DNA of 64,000 nt, taken from the NCBI GenBank assembly GCA_965153455.1, contig OZ234493.1, positions 10,840,213 to 10,904,212 on the forward strand, in the 5' to 3' direction. Below the pieces are notes generated by a model. That model was not told where the DNA came from. It worked only from the letters and a program-made list of their open reading frames with translations, and did no database searches. This DNA is from Sphagnum compactum (Eukaryota). Positions 13,383 through 27,000 of the stretch are shown here, piece by piece; the first letter of the stretch is position 1; every line of letters starts with the position of its first letter. The translations under genes were made by a program, and so were the position numbers.

Positions 13383-14577
13383 CAACAACAACAATAAAAG
13401 AAGGAAACAATAAGGCACTGCCTACATTATTACCAACACTAGTATTGGCTTCTTCAGCTCAAAACATCGGGCGGTTCAAACTCCCAACTCCAAACCTTGG
13501 TTTGATACGCCCGAGGTTAACGAGGAGGAGGCAACACAAACAACAACAACAGCAATAATGTTAAACGATAGATAGCTGTGAAAAGCAAGAGAAGAAGTTG
13601 CGGAGAAGAAGATTCACCAGGCTTTTCCTTTTTTCTTTTTTTCGCAACTACTTTGGTTTGGTTGTTGGAGCAGATTGATTGATTGATTCAGCCCCAAAAC
13701 AAAACAAAATTGCCAAAAAAAAACTGCAGAATTTTTATAAAATTAAAAAAAAAAAAGAAAAAAAAAAAAAAGGAGAGAGTGGAGGAGGAGGAGGCGGAGG
13801 AGGAGTTCAAAGAAGAAGAAGAAGAAGAGGGAGTGATGATAGTAAGAGATGAGAGGAAAGGACAAACTGGCACAAAACAACAACAACGACAAACAACAAA
13901 GCAGAAAGAGGAAAGCGCAGGTGACTGCAGCTGCAGACTGCAGTTACGAAGGAGACGACGGGTATAAATACTGTATATAATACGTTTGAATCTATACGTA
14001 CATACTTTTCTCTATACATACCTTTTCTATGTACTCATTTGTAACTGTATATAATTTTAATATAATAGAAAAAATACGTTTTAAATCTCAATTGCACACT
14101 GCAGTTCAGGTTTTTCTTTTTTCTTTTTGGGTTTTTTCAATGTATTTTTTTTAAAAATAATTTTAATCATTTATAATTTTGAAATTCAATTCTAATAAAA
14201 TATTTAAACAGAGGTTTTTTTTTTTTTTTGGGTAGGTAGGTAGGTAGGTAGAAGGCAACTTTTTTTTCTTTTTCTTTGTTTTTTTCTTTTTTTCCAGCCC
14301 CTCTTTTTTGTGAGTGAACACTGAACTTTCAATATGCATAGTTACATTGACACCTTTGACACCAATTATGTTATTTTAAGAATTTTCAAAATTTTCAAAA
14401 AAAAATTTTCAAATTTTTTTTTATTTAAAAAAATTTCCAACAAGGAATCTTCAAAAAGAAAATAATTGTTCAACACTAAACCTTTGAACCTTATTATGTA
14501 TATACATATGTATGTATGTATGTATGATAAAGCCCATGGGTGGGGGAGGGGGCCAACATTCCCAAAATGTACCACCT

Positions 14578-14948
14578 TGTCCTAAGCCCCTTATTTTGGG
14601 AATGCTCCCCGACACATATGAACATCATCCCCAACCAAAAACCTCAACATACTTAGATCACGAGACCGAGGAAGGAGAGCATTGAAGAGCGTCTCTCTCG
14701 ATGTCTAGGCCTTATGAAAAATGAAAACCATGTTAAGTCTAGTTATGCCTACGTACTCTTTAAGAATGAATGAATGAGAGAGATGTTAAGTTTAGTTACG
14801 CCTACCTATTCCTTAAGAGTGAGAAGGAAGTTTATACCTACTTTGCGATTGAGTATTCCTTACGAATGGAAGCGATGTTATGCATGGGCTTATGCTTGTT
14901 TCATTCCCTAAGAAAGTAATCGTATGTTAAGCCTAAATAGATGCAACA
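14578..14948. mobile_element. Candidate solo LTR (TGT...ACA, 371 bp)
   Basis: Starts TGTCC, ends GCAACA, higher GC than the flanks, with internal short duplications (ATGTTAAGTYTAGTTAYGCCTAC). No clean TSD. Confidence 0.3.
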
Positions 14949-15020
14949 TCCTTTTTCCTCGTTGTAAAGACAAAACAAAGCATATAAGCAAAATAAAACA
15001 TCACTCTCACTTGTAAAGGA

Positions 15021-15215
15021 TTAGGTAACAAAACCCTCATCGTTTTAAAGAAAGAAAACCTTAAACCCTAAAACTCTAAACTCATTAGGTATAAAATCCT
15101 CATTGTTTTAAAGAAAGAGAAAACCTTAAACCCTAAAACTCTAAACTCATTAGGTATAAGAATCCTTGTCATTTTTAAAAGTTGATAACCCTAAACCTTA
15201 AAACCCTAAACTCAT
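15021..15215. repeat. Tandem ~64-bp repeat (x2.5-3) containing telo-box-like AAACCCTAA
   Basis: ATTAGGTA...AAAACCTTAAACCCTAAAACTCTAAACTC is repeated. Confidence 0.8.
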
Positions 15216-18050
15216 ACAAATACACACACACACACATAAATATATATATATAAGAGGTTCTCCAAATACTCTAAAGAGATTTTGTCTTGTGTCGTATGTA
15301 TATTTTTGATCCCTTATGTTGAAGGGCTTTTTTTTTTTTTTTTGGGGGATGATTTTTAATCTTTTTTTTAATATATGCTTTTTAGTTTGCTCCATGTTGC
15401 ATGATTGTAGAACACAATTATTTGTTTGAAGGAGATCTTGAGACGAATGAAATCAAATGTGCTACAACAACCCTTCTTTTTCCTTTCCTCGACATGTTGT
15501 TACCTATCATGTAGCCAATTGTTATTAAAGTTGCCCTCTTTTTTCCCACTAATGCTTACATCGAGATCAAGTCCCAACAACTTTCACCGTAGCTTAGAGT
15601 CAACCTTAGCATCGAGAAGACAAAATATTTTTTATTCTTTAAAAAAAAATCATTTCATTTTTTTATGGATTTTGAAATTATTACTTTTTTCAATTTATTA
15701 TAATATTTTCATAATGAAAAATGAAATTATCAATACCATAGCTTGCCAAATTATGAAGGTTTTCAAAAACTCAACTTCATAATTTTCCAAAAATAAAAAT
15801 ATTATATATATATATATAAAGGGTTATAAAACTAACCCTAAGGTAAACATACTATATTAATACCCATTACGAGGTAGGTGCTACTAGGTACAAGGTACTC
15901 AAAAAATAAATGTTGATTCTTTCTTTGAAAGAAACAAAGAACAAAAATATTTCACATATTTATTAACACAATCATTTGATACCCATGGTTCAAGAGTTAG
16001 GTTGGATTTTTTAAAACCTTAATTGATGACAATTTTTTCTTCTTTACCCCCCTCCCCCCCTTTTTTTTTGGTTGGGGCCTTTTTGTTCTTCCCTTGTTTT
16101 TCAAATTATGCTTCAATCAAAAACTCTTTTGGTTTCACACCTTTGGAGAGGAGCTTGAGAGTGCATTGCAATAAACCCTTTTTGTTGCATGCATTGTAAT
16201 TCTAGTCAAATTGGTATGAAACAAAAGCAAAGTTCCCTTGTTTCCTTTTTTTTTGCATGGATGCGCACCTTTTCTCTTTGTGTAGTAAAATTTATGTTCA
16301 TTGTGTTGTGTGTTGTAAAGCATAATGTTACAATAGCTATCCCAAGTGTGGGTCATATTTTTTCACTTTGGAGCACATTCAATAATCCATCTTGTGCTCA
16401 CTTATGTTACATACAATGTCATTGTTGTTGTTGTTGTTGTTGTTCAACCCTAAAATGCCATTCAAAAGAACTTAGAATTTTGTACTTTTTTGTGAGTCTT
16501 GTCTTGATACTTTTGGTGCCAAATTCAATCAACTATGCATTTCCTTTGTTTTAGGTATTGCTACAATTTGAGTTTGTTGGTTGATTTCTCTTTCTAACAT
16601 CATGAAAGAGGCAAAACTTGTTGCACTTGTGTGCAATGATGCATTTACTCTTCCCATTTCCCATTTAATCTTTCATTTTCTCAGTTTTGATCTTACATTT
16701 GGTCTTGCATTTCAATCCTACATTTTGATCTTGCATTTGGTTTTCTCAACTTTTAGATTTAGTTCCAACCTTGCCGACCCACATGTTAAACTTCACTTAT
16801 TGGTCACCCAATTGAGAGAGTTGAAGAGAGAGAGAGAGAGAGAGGAAAAAAGGGGCTTCTTGAAGAAAACACAAAAGGACTCAAGAGCTTCATTATACAA
16901 AAGGAATATACAACAGTCACACAACAACAAGAACAAAACAAAGTCAATAATTATATATCTCAAGGATCAAGTGTCACTCGTTTGCCAAAGACATAATTTC
17001 TTTCTCTTTCTTCCTTTCTTTCTTTCTAGCTCCTCATGTTTTTTACAAGGACAAAACTAGGTAATCATCATCATCCCTTTGGGTTGGCAACAAGCAGCAG
17101 CTGATTGCCTAATGGCTCTGCCCCATATGGCAAGTTCAAACCAGCAACAGTTCAAAATAGGATATATTCTGTGGTGAAGTTTCCCAAAAAATGAACTCAG
17201 AGTTCACAGTAACAACAACACTTGGTGAATATTGCTAAAAATGTGGGACCGAATGAACACTCTGCGTTGTTTCCCAGGCTCTCTCTCCCTGACAGACAAA
17301 CAGAGCCCAATAAATGATTGATGGTACCAAAAGGAGAAGAGAACACACAACAATCAAAGCACAAGAGAGTCAAAGAGCACAAAGCCAAGGAAAAAGTACC
17401 TGCACACAGAGGCTGGAGCAGTCATCATCAAACACCACCCAAAAGAAAAGATCGAGACATGGGTCTCCACAGAATACCCATGTCCACTTTCAGAGTCAAA
17501 GGTCAAAAACCCATTCAATACCATTCAAGTCATCTGTCACCCATCTGCTTGTTGCCCATGAGAAAGAAGTGTTGCTGAGAATGGGAAAAAAATCTGTGAT
17601 CTTGCAGAACCAGGGAAGTAGGAAATCTGATCAATCAAGTTCTGACCTGATTAGAATGATGATCAACTGCAGCAAATTGCACATACTAGTCCATTTTCTA
17701 CAATCATACAGAATGCTTTGGCTGTTGCAAGTACAAAACCCATGAAGAATTAATTTTCTCAGAGTTGCTTCTCTCTGCAAAAAGCACAGTTACAAACCAT
17801 GTCTTGAACTCCTTGACAAGGGAATTCCTTTAAGAAAAGTATTGATCTGTGGACATGATTTTTGTTGGGTTTGTGAGATCACTGTATTCTGAAGTTGTAT
17901 CCTGTGACAAGTTGGGTGTGAGAAGAGTATCTGGAAATCATCAACTGGGTAGCAGCTCCTCCATATATGATTTTGATATCTAGTAATTCAAAATACAACG
18001 AACAATCATCACTGCTGATCTAGACTTTCTTTGACAGCAGTTACACAAAA

Positions 18051-21000
18051 TCAGCCCTGTGGAAAAAAAGACAGCAATGATCGATTTTTCACCAGTTTTC
18101 GTCTCACTCCATACTGGATTGGCATTGGTGGGATTGATGGAGGCCGCACAGCTGGAAACATGTGTTTGACAGCTGCCTTCATCCCCTTGACTGCCAGCCT
18201 TGGGTTGATTGGCTTCGATGCTTTCTTCATCACTGCCCTGTACTTCTTGGATGGGGGCATGTGCAGATGTTGCACCGAGCTGCTCTCTTGTAACATTGGC
18301 CAAAGCAGCTCCTTGTCTTTGGAGAACAAGGTCTTGGGTACTGTGGTGGTGGTCTTGGGTAGCTGGTGCGATGATAATGAAACCTCTACAAGTGCTTCAA
18401 ACAGCAGGGCACTCTGCAAAAATTCACCCATTGGTGGTGGTGGTGGTGGTGTTGCTGCTCCTAACTGACTGGAATCAAAGCGTTCTAGATTTCCAAACAT
18501 CTTGGCCTTACCCTTCATTTTATCATTGGTACCATTGTCTCCTGTTGGCATTGAGCTGGATTTAGCTTTCGCACTCTGCCCGTTCTTCTTCAGTTCCGCA
18601 TTCTTGGGAGTTTGAATCCCTGCCACTTCTGCTGGCTTCTGAGAATGGACATATCGTGCTTTCTTTCTGGAATTTAAGTAAATGTGGTGTTCACAGAGAG
18701 TGTGACTCTCACGAGCAAGCATTGGACACTGCCATTTTGAGGAAGAATTACTCCCATCCTTCCTAGCACATCTAACACCCATCTGAATCCCCTTCTCTGC
18801 CTCAATTTTGGCTCGCATGGCCTTGAGAGTGCCAGGAATTGCACTGCCCCCACATTTGATGTCTCTTTCAAGTAGTTCAGCTTCCTCTAATTCTGACAGT
18901 TTCTGTTTTTCTTTCACATCTAATTCTCCCATGGCCTTCCTTGATGCTGACTTCATGGACTCCCACAATGAAGCCTTTGACATCTTAGACTCACCCGGTG
19001 CACTTGGTTCTGCTAACAATGTAGGTTGTTTCTCAGTCCCTGCAGTATCATTGGAACTCTTGATCTTTGAGTTTTGTAGGTTCTTGAATTCCTCAGCAGA
19101 TGCATTCAAAACAGCCTCAAATGTCTTCTGATATGCTTTTCTCCTGGTCTGTATTCCTGTTACCAAACCCATCCTGACTTACATATCAAGAGCGAGAGTG
19201 ACATTGTTTGTCTATGTTCACTAAACACAGCAGCAAATACAGTGATACCAGATTACAATTCTCCTGCTTCCAGTTCACAGCAGCCAAGGAAATTGGTTAT
19301 TCTGACTCTATTGTGCTATGCAACCAAGGGCATTTCTTAGCTTCGGAAATTTTGCATGTAAAGAAACTGCAAGAAGATAAAAACCGCACCTTCTTCTTGC
19401 AACTGGATTGAGTCAAATGGTAGTCTGCTGAGTGCGGATGGGGAGTCAGACTGAATGCATGCTGCTGCATCTGGCTGCCAGGGGGGGAGTTGAACCTTAG
19501 TATCCAAAGTGTTTTCATCCTCTTTACCACCACCACAGTATTGTCCGATAAAAACAGACCCAACACTAGAAAAAAGGCATGCTTTTGGTTGCATGAGTAG
19601 TAGTTCACAGAGGATGTAGCGACCTTGTACTTCTTCAAAATACGGGTTTGTCTCCAGATATGTTTTGACTTGTGCCTGCCAGTCACTACCAAACCTGGAT
19701 TGCATCTGTGAACCTAACATGGTCAGAATTTCCTTGAGCATGATCCCCGCACGACCTACCTCCAAGAGTTGAAGATACAGAGAATGTAGCAGGGATCCTT
19801 CTGGCTCCAGAGATGGGTGGTCTGACTCTTCATGTGTTGTTGTCACACAAGGTATGAATTTACTTTTGAGCTTGCAGGACCCTGAAGACGGTGGCACCCT
19901 CCTCTCTTTTGCTGAATCTGTTAACTGGCTAGACTCAGGCTCTTTACATGACACAAGCTCAGCTGACAACTCCACCTACAAGAACCCCATCAGAAAGACT
20001 CACCCAAATCAATTGCAAATTCACAATCCAAGGACAACCTGAGCAATTCTGCACTAAATCTCAAACATTCTGAGAGTTTGCAACGCATCATAGATAGAAG
20101 AATAACCCCCATTTCTGCAATAACCATATATTCCTGTCTGGTTGATGAACAAAGCTCACCAATTTTTTTTTCTGTCCAACTCTTAAACCCACAAAAGAAA
20201 GCCAAAAACTTGGATCTGATTTGAACCCCCAAATCTCTCTTCTTCTTGTGTTTGCATTAATGTACATGTGAGACATGAATGTGATTATTCTTGAAGAACC
20301 ACTCACCTGAACAACACCAGCTGCAGGTGGCAGTGAAGACATCAAATTGTCAATAACCATCCCTTGTCCAAACTCTGCTGATTCAAGCACATTGAGTGGA
20401 AGCACTAGTGACACCTGAGCCTGAATGCACAAATGGGTGTACAGTTCTTAACTAATTGTCAGGAAGCAGCAGCATTCAGGCCTCCTCTCCAACCAAACCA
20501 GTGAATCCCTAGCTCCTCAATCAAAAGACTGCTCTCTTCAGAGGACCCATGACCAGTTTGTATGGTTTCCAGACTCCTGTCAGGAAATTCTCTACAACTT
20601 GGAAAAGCCTAACTTCATGATCAGATGACAATGATCAGATCATCATCTCTACAACAACAACAACAATATATTGATCATCACTGTATGTATGAGATAGAGG
20701 ATTTAATGGGTTTGAACATTTCACTGTGTACCTCAGCAGAGCCTGTTGTTGTTGTTGTTTTTGTTGTTGCACCAGCAGCAGCAAGAAGAAGAGATTTTGC
20801 ATTCATTCCAGCAACAACCTCTTGTTGTTGTTGCAGCTGCAAGAAGGGACTTGGATTTGCCTTTCCCTCTTGGTATGAAGCTTCTTCTTCGTCTTCTTCT
20901 TCTTCTTCTTCCCCTGCTGCTGCTGCTGCCCTCAATTGGCTGCTGCTGCTGCATTTCCCAATCTTTGTGATCCCTAGACTCCCTAGGTAATGCCTGGTGA

Positions 21001-21571
21001 TATTCTCCTCATCCTTGGAGGCGGCAGCAGCAAGCTCCTGATCCACATCAACTGGGCTGCTGTAAACATGAGCAGCCAAGGCAGATGGGTACTTCAAAGC
21101 AGACTTGTCTTCTTCTTCTTCTTCTGCCTGGTCAAGAGCAACAAATGCTGCTGCTGCTGGTCCTGTACTTCTCCCAATCCTTGCATCCATCACTCCATTC
21201 TGCACAGCAAGATCCACTAGAGTAGCAGCCTGGTGGTGATGATCAGCGGCGGCAGCTACCAATTGTCCACCGGATAGTACCCTGGAAGTTCCATCACCAC
21301 CACCATGCTCTTGCAGTTCTCCTGTGAAGCTTGGAAAGCCCAACAACGAATTCTTCTTCCTCTTCTTCTTCTGATTCGTCGTTTCCACTACGGTCTGAAC
21401 ATGTGTTGGCGGTTGGAACCTGGAACGTCCAGCACCCAAGAATCTCTTCACGCCCACTAGTACTAGTTCTTCTTTTTCCCAGCTGCTCCAGTCCACCTTC
21501 TTCATGATGCTGCTATGCGCTACACCCATGTCCCACATCTCCGGTCTCTTGTACTTCCTCACCCTCGTCAT
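18051..21571 (-). CDS. WRC zinc-finger protein with putative HARE-HTH-like winged helix, ~881 aa, 4 predicted coding exons
   Basis: Exons 21571-20732, 20420-20307, 19975-19390, 19156-18051 (GT-AG, phase-consistent, 2646 nt; last acceptor less certain). WRC-like RCARKDG..KWQC-x10-CEHH at 18773-18684. Start MTRVRK and C-terminal RRKLVKNRSLLS resemble the MRIRK and RKPVKARSLKS motifs of plant WRC-only proteins. Confidence 0.75.
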
Positions 21572-22782
21572 GAATGCTTTTTGCTTCTGATCCAAATCGC
21601 ACAACCCAAGGAAAAGAAGAAAGAAGAAGAAGAAGCAGCAGCAGCAGCAGCTTGCCCTGGCTCAGATGTTCAGGACTTCCTCAACTTGGAATTACTCTGT
21701 AACTGATTCCAACGCAAGACCCATCACGTACAACATCAAGAAGAAGAAGAAGAAGAAGAGCAACAACAACAAGCTTCTTAATATGATGATGATCTTTGCC
21801 TACAGTCCGTGAACTGGAGCTCAAGACATACCCAAGCTGCAGCCAAAGAAGAGGAGAAGAGCATGCTGCTGCTGCTGCTGCAGCAACTAGCAAAACAACA
21901 ACGGACAAACAAACAAACGAACCCACCCAATCTACAGCAGCGGCGTCTTGTGATGAGACTTATAACAGACCATCCGAACATGGTCGAGGGACATCATGGA
22001 TGTCTCAAGATCATCATCATCATCATCATCGGCGGCGACGGCGGCGGCATCTTGTTGCATGTGAAATCCATGGCAACCCTTTCTTTCCTCACGACAAGGA
22101 TGGAAAATTTCATTTGGGTTTTGTTGTCTTTCTTCTTCCCAGTGTTCTTGGGTGTTTCTGGTTCTCTCTAGATCATCATCTTCTTCTTCTTGTTCTTCAT
22201 GGTGTTTCTGGTTTTCTTCTTCTTGTTCTTCTTCATGTATGTATGTATGTGTGTAGCACTATGACGACGAGACAGAGTTCAACAATCCAACACCCAACTG
22301 TTTCTGTAAATCGTCTTTGTAAGTGGAAACTTCAAAGCTCCATGCTGCTGCTGCTGCTGCTGTTGTCGTCGATAGATAATCTATGATGGAGTTACAGCAT
22401 GCATCAAGAGTAACAAACCATTGTTGCACAAATCCTTGTTGCTACAATGGTGATGGTGGTGGTGATGATGATGATTATGATGATCTGACAAAATGCAAAA
22501 TGCTGCAGCCTGTTTCTCAGGATCAGCATCATTCATCAACCCTGCCGAGGCACTGCTGCTACTATCCTGTACATGGGTCTTTTCCAGGAGCTCAAAATCT
22601 GTTTGGGCTTTGTTTATCATCTGTAGAAAAATTCTCCTTCAAAAGACACTGTTTGTACTGGGGGTTGTTGTATCCAGCAATTTTTAAAACTGGGTTTGAT
22701 TGCAGAGATGCAAACAGTTTTGTTCTCTCCTTTACATTTCTTGAAGAATGTACATGGCAACAACACTAATCCACAAATCCAA

Positions 22783-22784
<2 letters not shown>

Positions 22785-22841
<57 letters not shown>
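22785..22841. repeat. Compound (TC)n(AC)n microsatellite in the 5' region of the WRC gene
   Basis: Directly visible. Confidence 0.95.
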
Positions 22842-23154
22842 TCTGAACATTCCACAAATCCAGAAAGATTTCTCTCAACTCTCTATGTCTCAGACAACAG
22901 TTGAACATCCAGAGTTCTCTCTCTCTCTCATCTAACACACAAATCTACAAACCCAGAAATCTGTGAGGGTATATGAACCAAGCTCCTCAGAAACCAATTG
23001 TGTTTGCAACATCATGATCATGGAAGGATTTGTATGGTTTTTGGCACCAATTTGAGTGCAATGATGTTTCTCCAAGCCTCCTTCTCCTGCTCCTCCACTA
23101 CCTCCTTTTGCTGCAATGTACATGGCATGATCACTTGCAAGAAGATTTTGCAAG

Positions 23155-23625
23155 AAATTTGTTGACTTGGGTATTGCAGGAAATGGGCTTTGATGTAAAA
23201 ATTTCTTGGTCCTTGTAGATGTTGCATGAAATGATTTGAAGTTAGAAATTTGTTGACTTGGGTAATGCATGAAACAACTTGAAGTCCAAATTTCTTGACT
23301 TGGGTTTTGCATAATACGCCTCCAAAGAGAAATTTGTTGACTTGGGTGTTGCATGAAACAAGTTGAAGTCCAAATTTTGGTGACTTGGGTCTTTCATAGT
23401 ACAATTTGAAATAGAAATTTCTTGTCTTGGGTATTGCATGAAACAAGTTGAACCAAATTTCATGACTTGGGTCTTGCATAGTACGATTTGAAATAGAAAT
23501 TTGTTGACTTGGGCATTGCATGAAACAAGTTGAAGTCCAAATTTCTTGACTTGGGTCTTGCATAATACAACTCAAAATAGAAATTTCTTGACCTGGGTAT
23601 TGCATGAAATGATTTGAAGTAGAAA
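23155..23625. repeat. Minisatellite with ~41-bp subunits arranged as an ~82-bp dimer (AAATTTSTTGACTTGGGT...TGCAT)
   Basis: About 10 copies of AAATTT(G/C)TTGACTTGGG, alternating between two tail variants. Confidence 0.85.
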
Positions 23626-23919
23626 TATGACCAACAACACATCATGCAATTGAATAGCAATCACATTCACTCACTCATTTGCATGTCTTTTATGAATTCA
23701 CTTCAAATCTTTAGTTTATATATATATATATATATATTTGTGAGAATGAAACTAAGGATGTTGGAAAAGAAATCCCCTCAAGAATTTCAAAGATGGGGAA
23801 TTTCCTTGCAAGCAATTATGAGTCAACTTCTTCCCAATTTTGATTGCATCCTTTTGGAGGTGGGTTTTAGAAGGCCTTTATGTTGTTTTATCACCATTTG
23901 TACATGAATGTCTTTTTTT

Positions 23920-24070
23920 TCAGGAATTTTTTTTCCATTTTTTAACAAAGAAATTAGGAATTTTTTGGAATTTTTTCTTTTCCTAGTGTAAATTTGACTA
24001 ATTTTGCTAAATTTTGGGGGGTTAAATTTAGCCAAAATTTTGACATACAAAAATGGGGGGGGGAAAAAAA
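23920..24070 (+). repeat. AT-rich short dispersed repeat; related copies near 48630-48770 and 62965-63120
   Basis: Shared order of motifs: TGTAAATT(TGACTA), CCAAA(A)TTTT(G/C)AYAT, CAAAA(A)T(T)G and an A/G run. Alignment is by eye and degenerate. Confidence 0.4.
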
Positions 24071-27000
24071 AAACACTACATTTGTATAAGTCTTTGGTGA
24101 TGTTTTTATTGTCCTTAGAAAGTTCAATAAACCCAAAAGTATTGTCAATTGCTCAATGCTTGATTTCAAACATGCATAACCATAGATAATTGGATCATGT
24201 TTAGTGTGGAGTTAATATGAGGGATGTCCCCATTCTTGAGTAATTGTTTCCTTAAACCCATATTTTTCATTATTAAAATTTTTTGTGCCTTGGTTTTAGG
24301 TTTGGACTTACCTATACACCGATGAAAGAGCAAAGAAACATTCCCATGTCCTTTTGAGATAGACATGCCCCCAAACCTAGATGGGACGTCACCCGAACCA
24401 AATATCCCTTTCTCAAACCTAAAAGTTACTAGGGACACCCTATTAAAAATGTCCAAAAAAACAATGTTGGGAACATTAGTCGAAAGGCGAGTTGTATCTC
24501 TTTGTGGTGTTATTGTTGATATCCTTTGTAAAGCATTCATCCCAAGAGTTGTTTCAATCTATTGTTCTCTAATTTTTTTAACACAACACATAAGCACACA
24601 CTAATGAATCCTTTTGTGTATGGTGGATTTTATCTATAGGTCTTTAATGAATTGATTTTTGTAAAAATAAATTCCATTTGAATAAAAATATTGAATGACA
24701 TTGCATGCGACTTGAAGCAACTTATGAGTTATGGAACCCAAAGCTATTCCACTTAAACCAATTCCAATGAATCATTGTCATTGAAACATAAGGTTTAATA
24801 GAAAGTATGTCGAAATAGGCCCTTTCTTTTGATTAATTGGTGATTTCAAAAAATATAATAAAATGAAAGAGAAAAATATCATTTCAACTTGTTGAGATTT
24901 CAATTGTACAAAAATAATTAAACTTTTATTTTTATGGTATTTTTTAAACATTAGTCATATGTAGCGGTTACATGCAAGGTTTTTCAACAAGGAAGTCAAA
25001 AAACACCATCATTCTAAAGGTATGAAAAATCATTATACCTTCCCAACATTATTTCTAATCATTCATCTTGTAGATGAAGTTGCTTATAATGTGTCTACAT
25101 AAATGTTTACAATTTTTGTTGTAAAAATTCAATAATAAATTAGACAATGTGATGTTATGCCCAAGTAGGTAATTGAATTTTAATTTTTTTTCCCTACATT
25201 CAAAATTGTGAACAATAAAATAATGGGATTTGATTTATCATTATCCTTAATACACATCATAAAACGTATCATACACAATATCATCCACACCTATCTTCAT
25301 CACAATTTACAATTTATAAAAACTATTCACACATGTAACAAATGAATTATAATGAACATTTCAGTCAATCTAAAATACAACCCAAATTTGAAATCTACAT
25401 CTTTAAATGAAATCAAGAAAACAAATTCATGTATAAAAAGAACAAATGGTGTGTAAAAGAATCAATTCAACATGATATACTTGTTTTTTGGAAGTCAAAA
25501 TCAACATTTAGCAATGTAAATGTTTTATATTGGTATGCCCATGCATATATAAAAAGATAAATACATATCCTATATGGTTGGTATTTTTTTTTATAGGTTA
25601 TCTTTTTAATTACCCTATTCGATTGATAAATATTTCAAACTTATTCTACATGTATTTTACGAGGCTAGTATATAGTTGAAGTATACTTTAAACCACCATT
25701 TTAATTACTCTACCCAATTGATAACTATTTCAAACATACTTTACATGTATTTTGTTAAGCTAATATATAGTTGAAACAAACCCTTTGCATGGGGGCTGGG
25801 TATTTCTTTTGGAGCAAGTAAACAAAAGATATATGTTATATGCCAGAATTAATACATAACATATCCATATTTTGCAATGCATGTGATTATGATGGATTTG
25901 TTCAAATTATGGTGACCAAGTATTCAATATATCCTATTTTAAATTTTTTTTTTTATTCATTGCATTCTCAAACAAAATTCGTATCATATGTTTTTGGAAC
26001 CCCTTCACGGTCTACTACCAAATTTTTCGTTATAAAAATGCTTTGAATTTTTTATGCTATTGATTTTCTTTTTTGATAAAATGTTTGAAGTTGCATGTGT
26101 GTTCTTCTTTGTAATGCCAATTGCACAAGTAATGATCTTTCTTCACTTTGAAATGTGTCATTCTTGTGTTTGAAGACGTTTTTTTATCCGACATTTGTTT
26201 ACATGGTATGTATGGGATAAATAATGAAATATTCATTATTACCATTGTCCTACGATTAAGGCAAACGATGAACATTTACCTTTACCCTTACACATATATT
26301 GATAATTTGGTAAAACCTTTATACCTTTAACCAATTTGAAATTTTTTTTGGAAACATATATATTTTAATTTGACCAATTTTATTTTTTTTGAAATTTTGT
26401 ATTTACACTTGTTCAACTAATATATTAGGATCAATATCCCCACCCAACATTGATCAAAATTTATGGAACATCGATTCACATTGAGAGTAAAATAAATTGA
26501 ACAAAAATTTAAGATTAATTTGAATTCAACTTGTGGAGGTTAAAATTATCACTAAATGAACAAATGGTTATCTTGCAATATATTACTTACAAGTTTTGTT
26601 GTCCTCATGTGTGATTGTCACAAGGATAAATTTGTATTATCTTTCAATGGTGTGTTTAGATGATGAGGAAACCAACCTAATGCAAATAATTACTTGGCAA
26701 CCTTACGAATTTGATTAGTGTATCAATTTGTGTTCTAAAAACATGTACATATTATTTCAAGATGCAGAACATGATACTTGTAGCCCAATGGATTTAAAAA
26801 CTTTTATGCATCAAGGTATGTCGATTAGAGTGGCTTTTGCTTTGTTATTTGGATCATAAAAGTCAACAACTATTATTGTAATCCCTAGCCAAATTCAATA
26901 GTTTCAAGTTGAATAATTAATAAATTTTAAATTTTAGATTTGACAATTGGATTTTTTATTTTGAAATTTTCAACATGTAAAGAATGTTATAATTAAGAGA

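Noticed and set aside
21040..21110. LKYPSALAAH faintly resembling the SWI1/DYAD N-terminal LRYPS motif
   Set aside because: Too short, and no other DYAD/AMEIOTIC1 motif is present.
23018..23605. 195-aa repetitive ORF on the minus strand
   Set aside because: It simply reads through the minisatellite, with no domain or splice evidence.
26057..26275. HYLCNWH resembling the MULE transposase CxxH motif
   Set aside because: Isolated motif in AT-rich sequence with no supporting DDE context.
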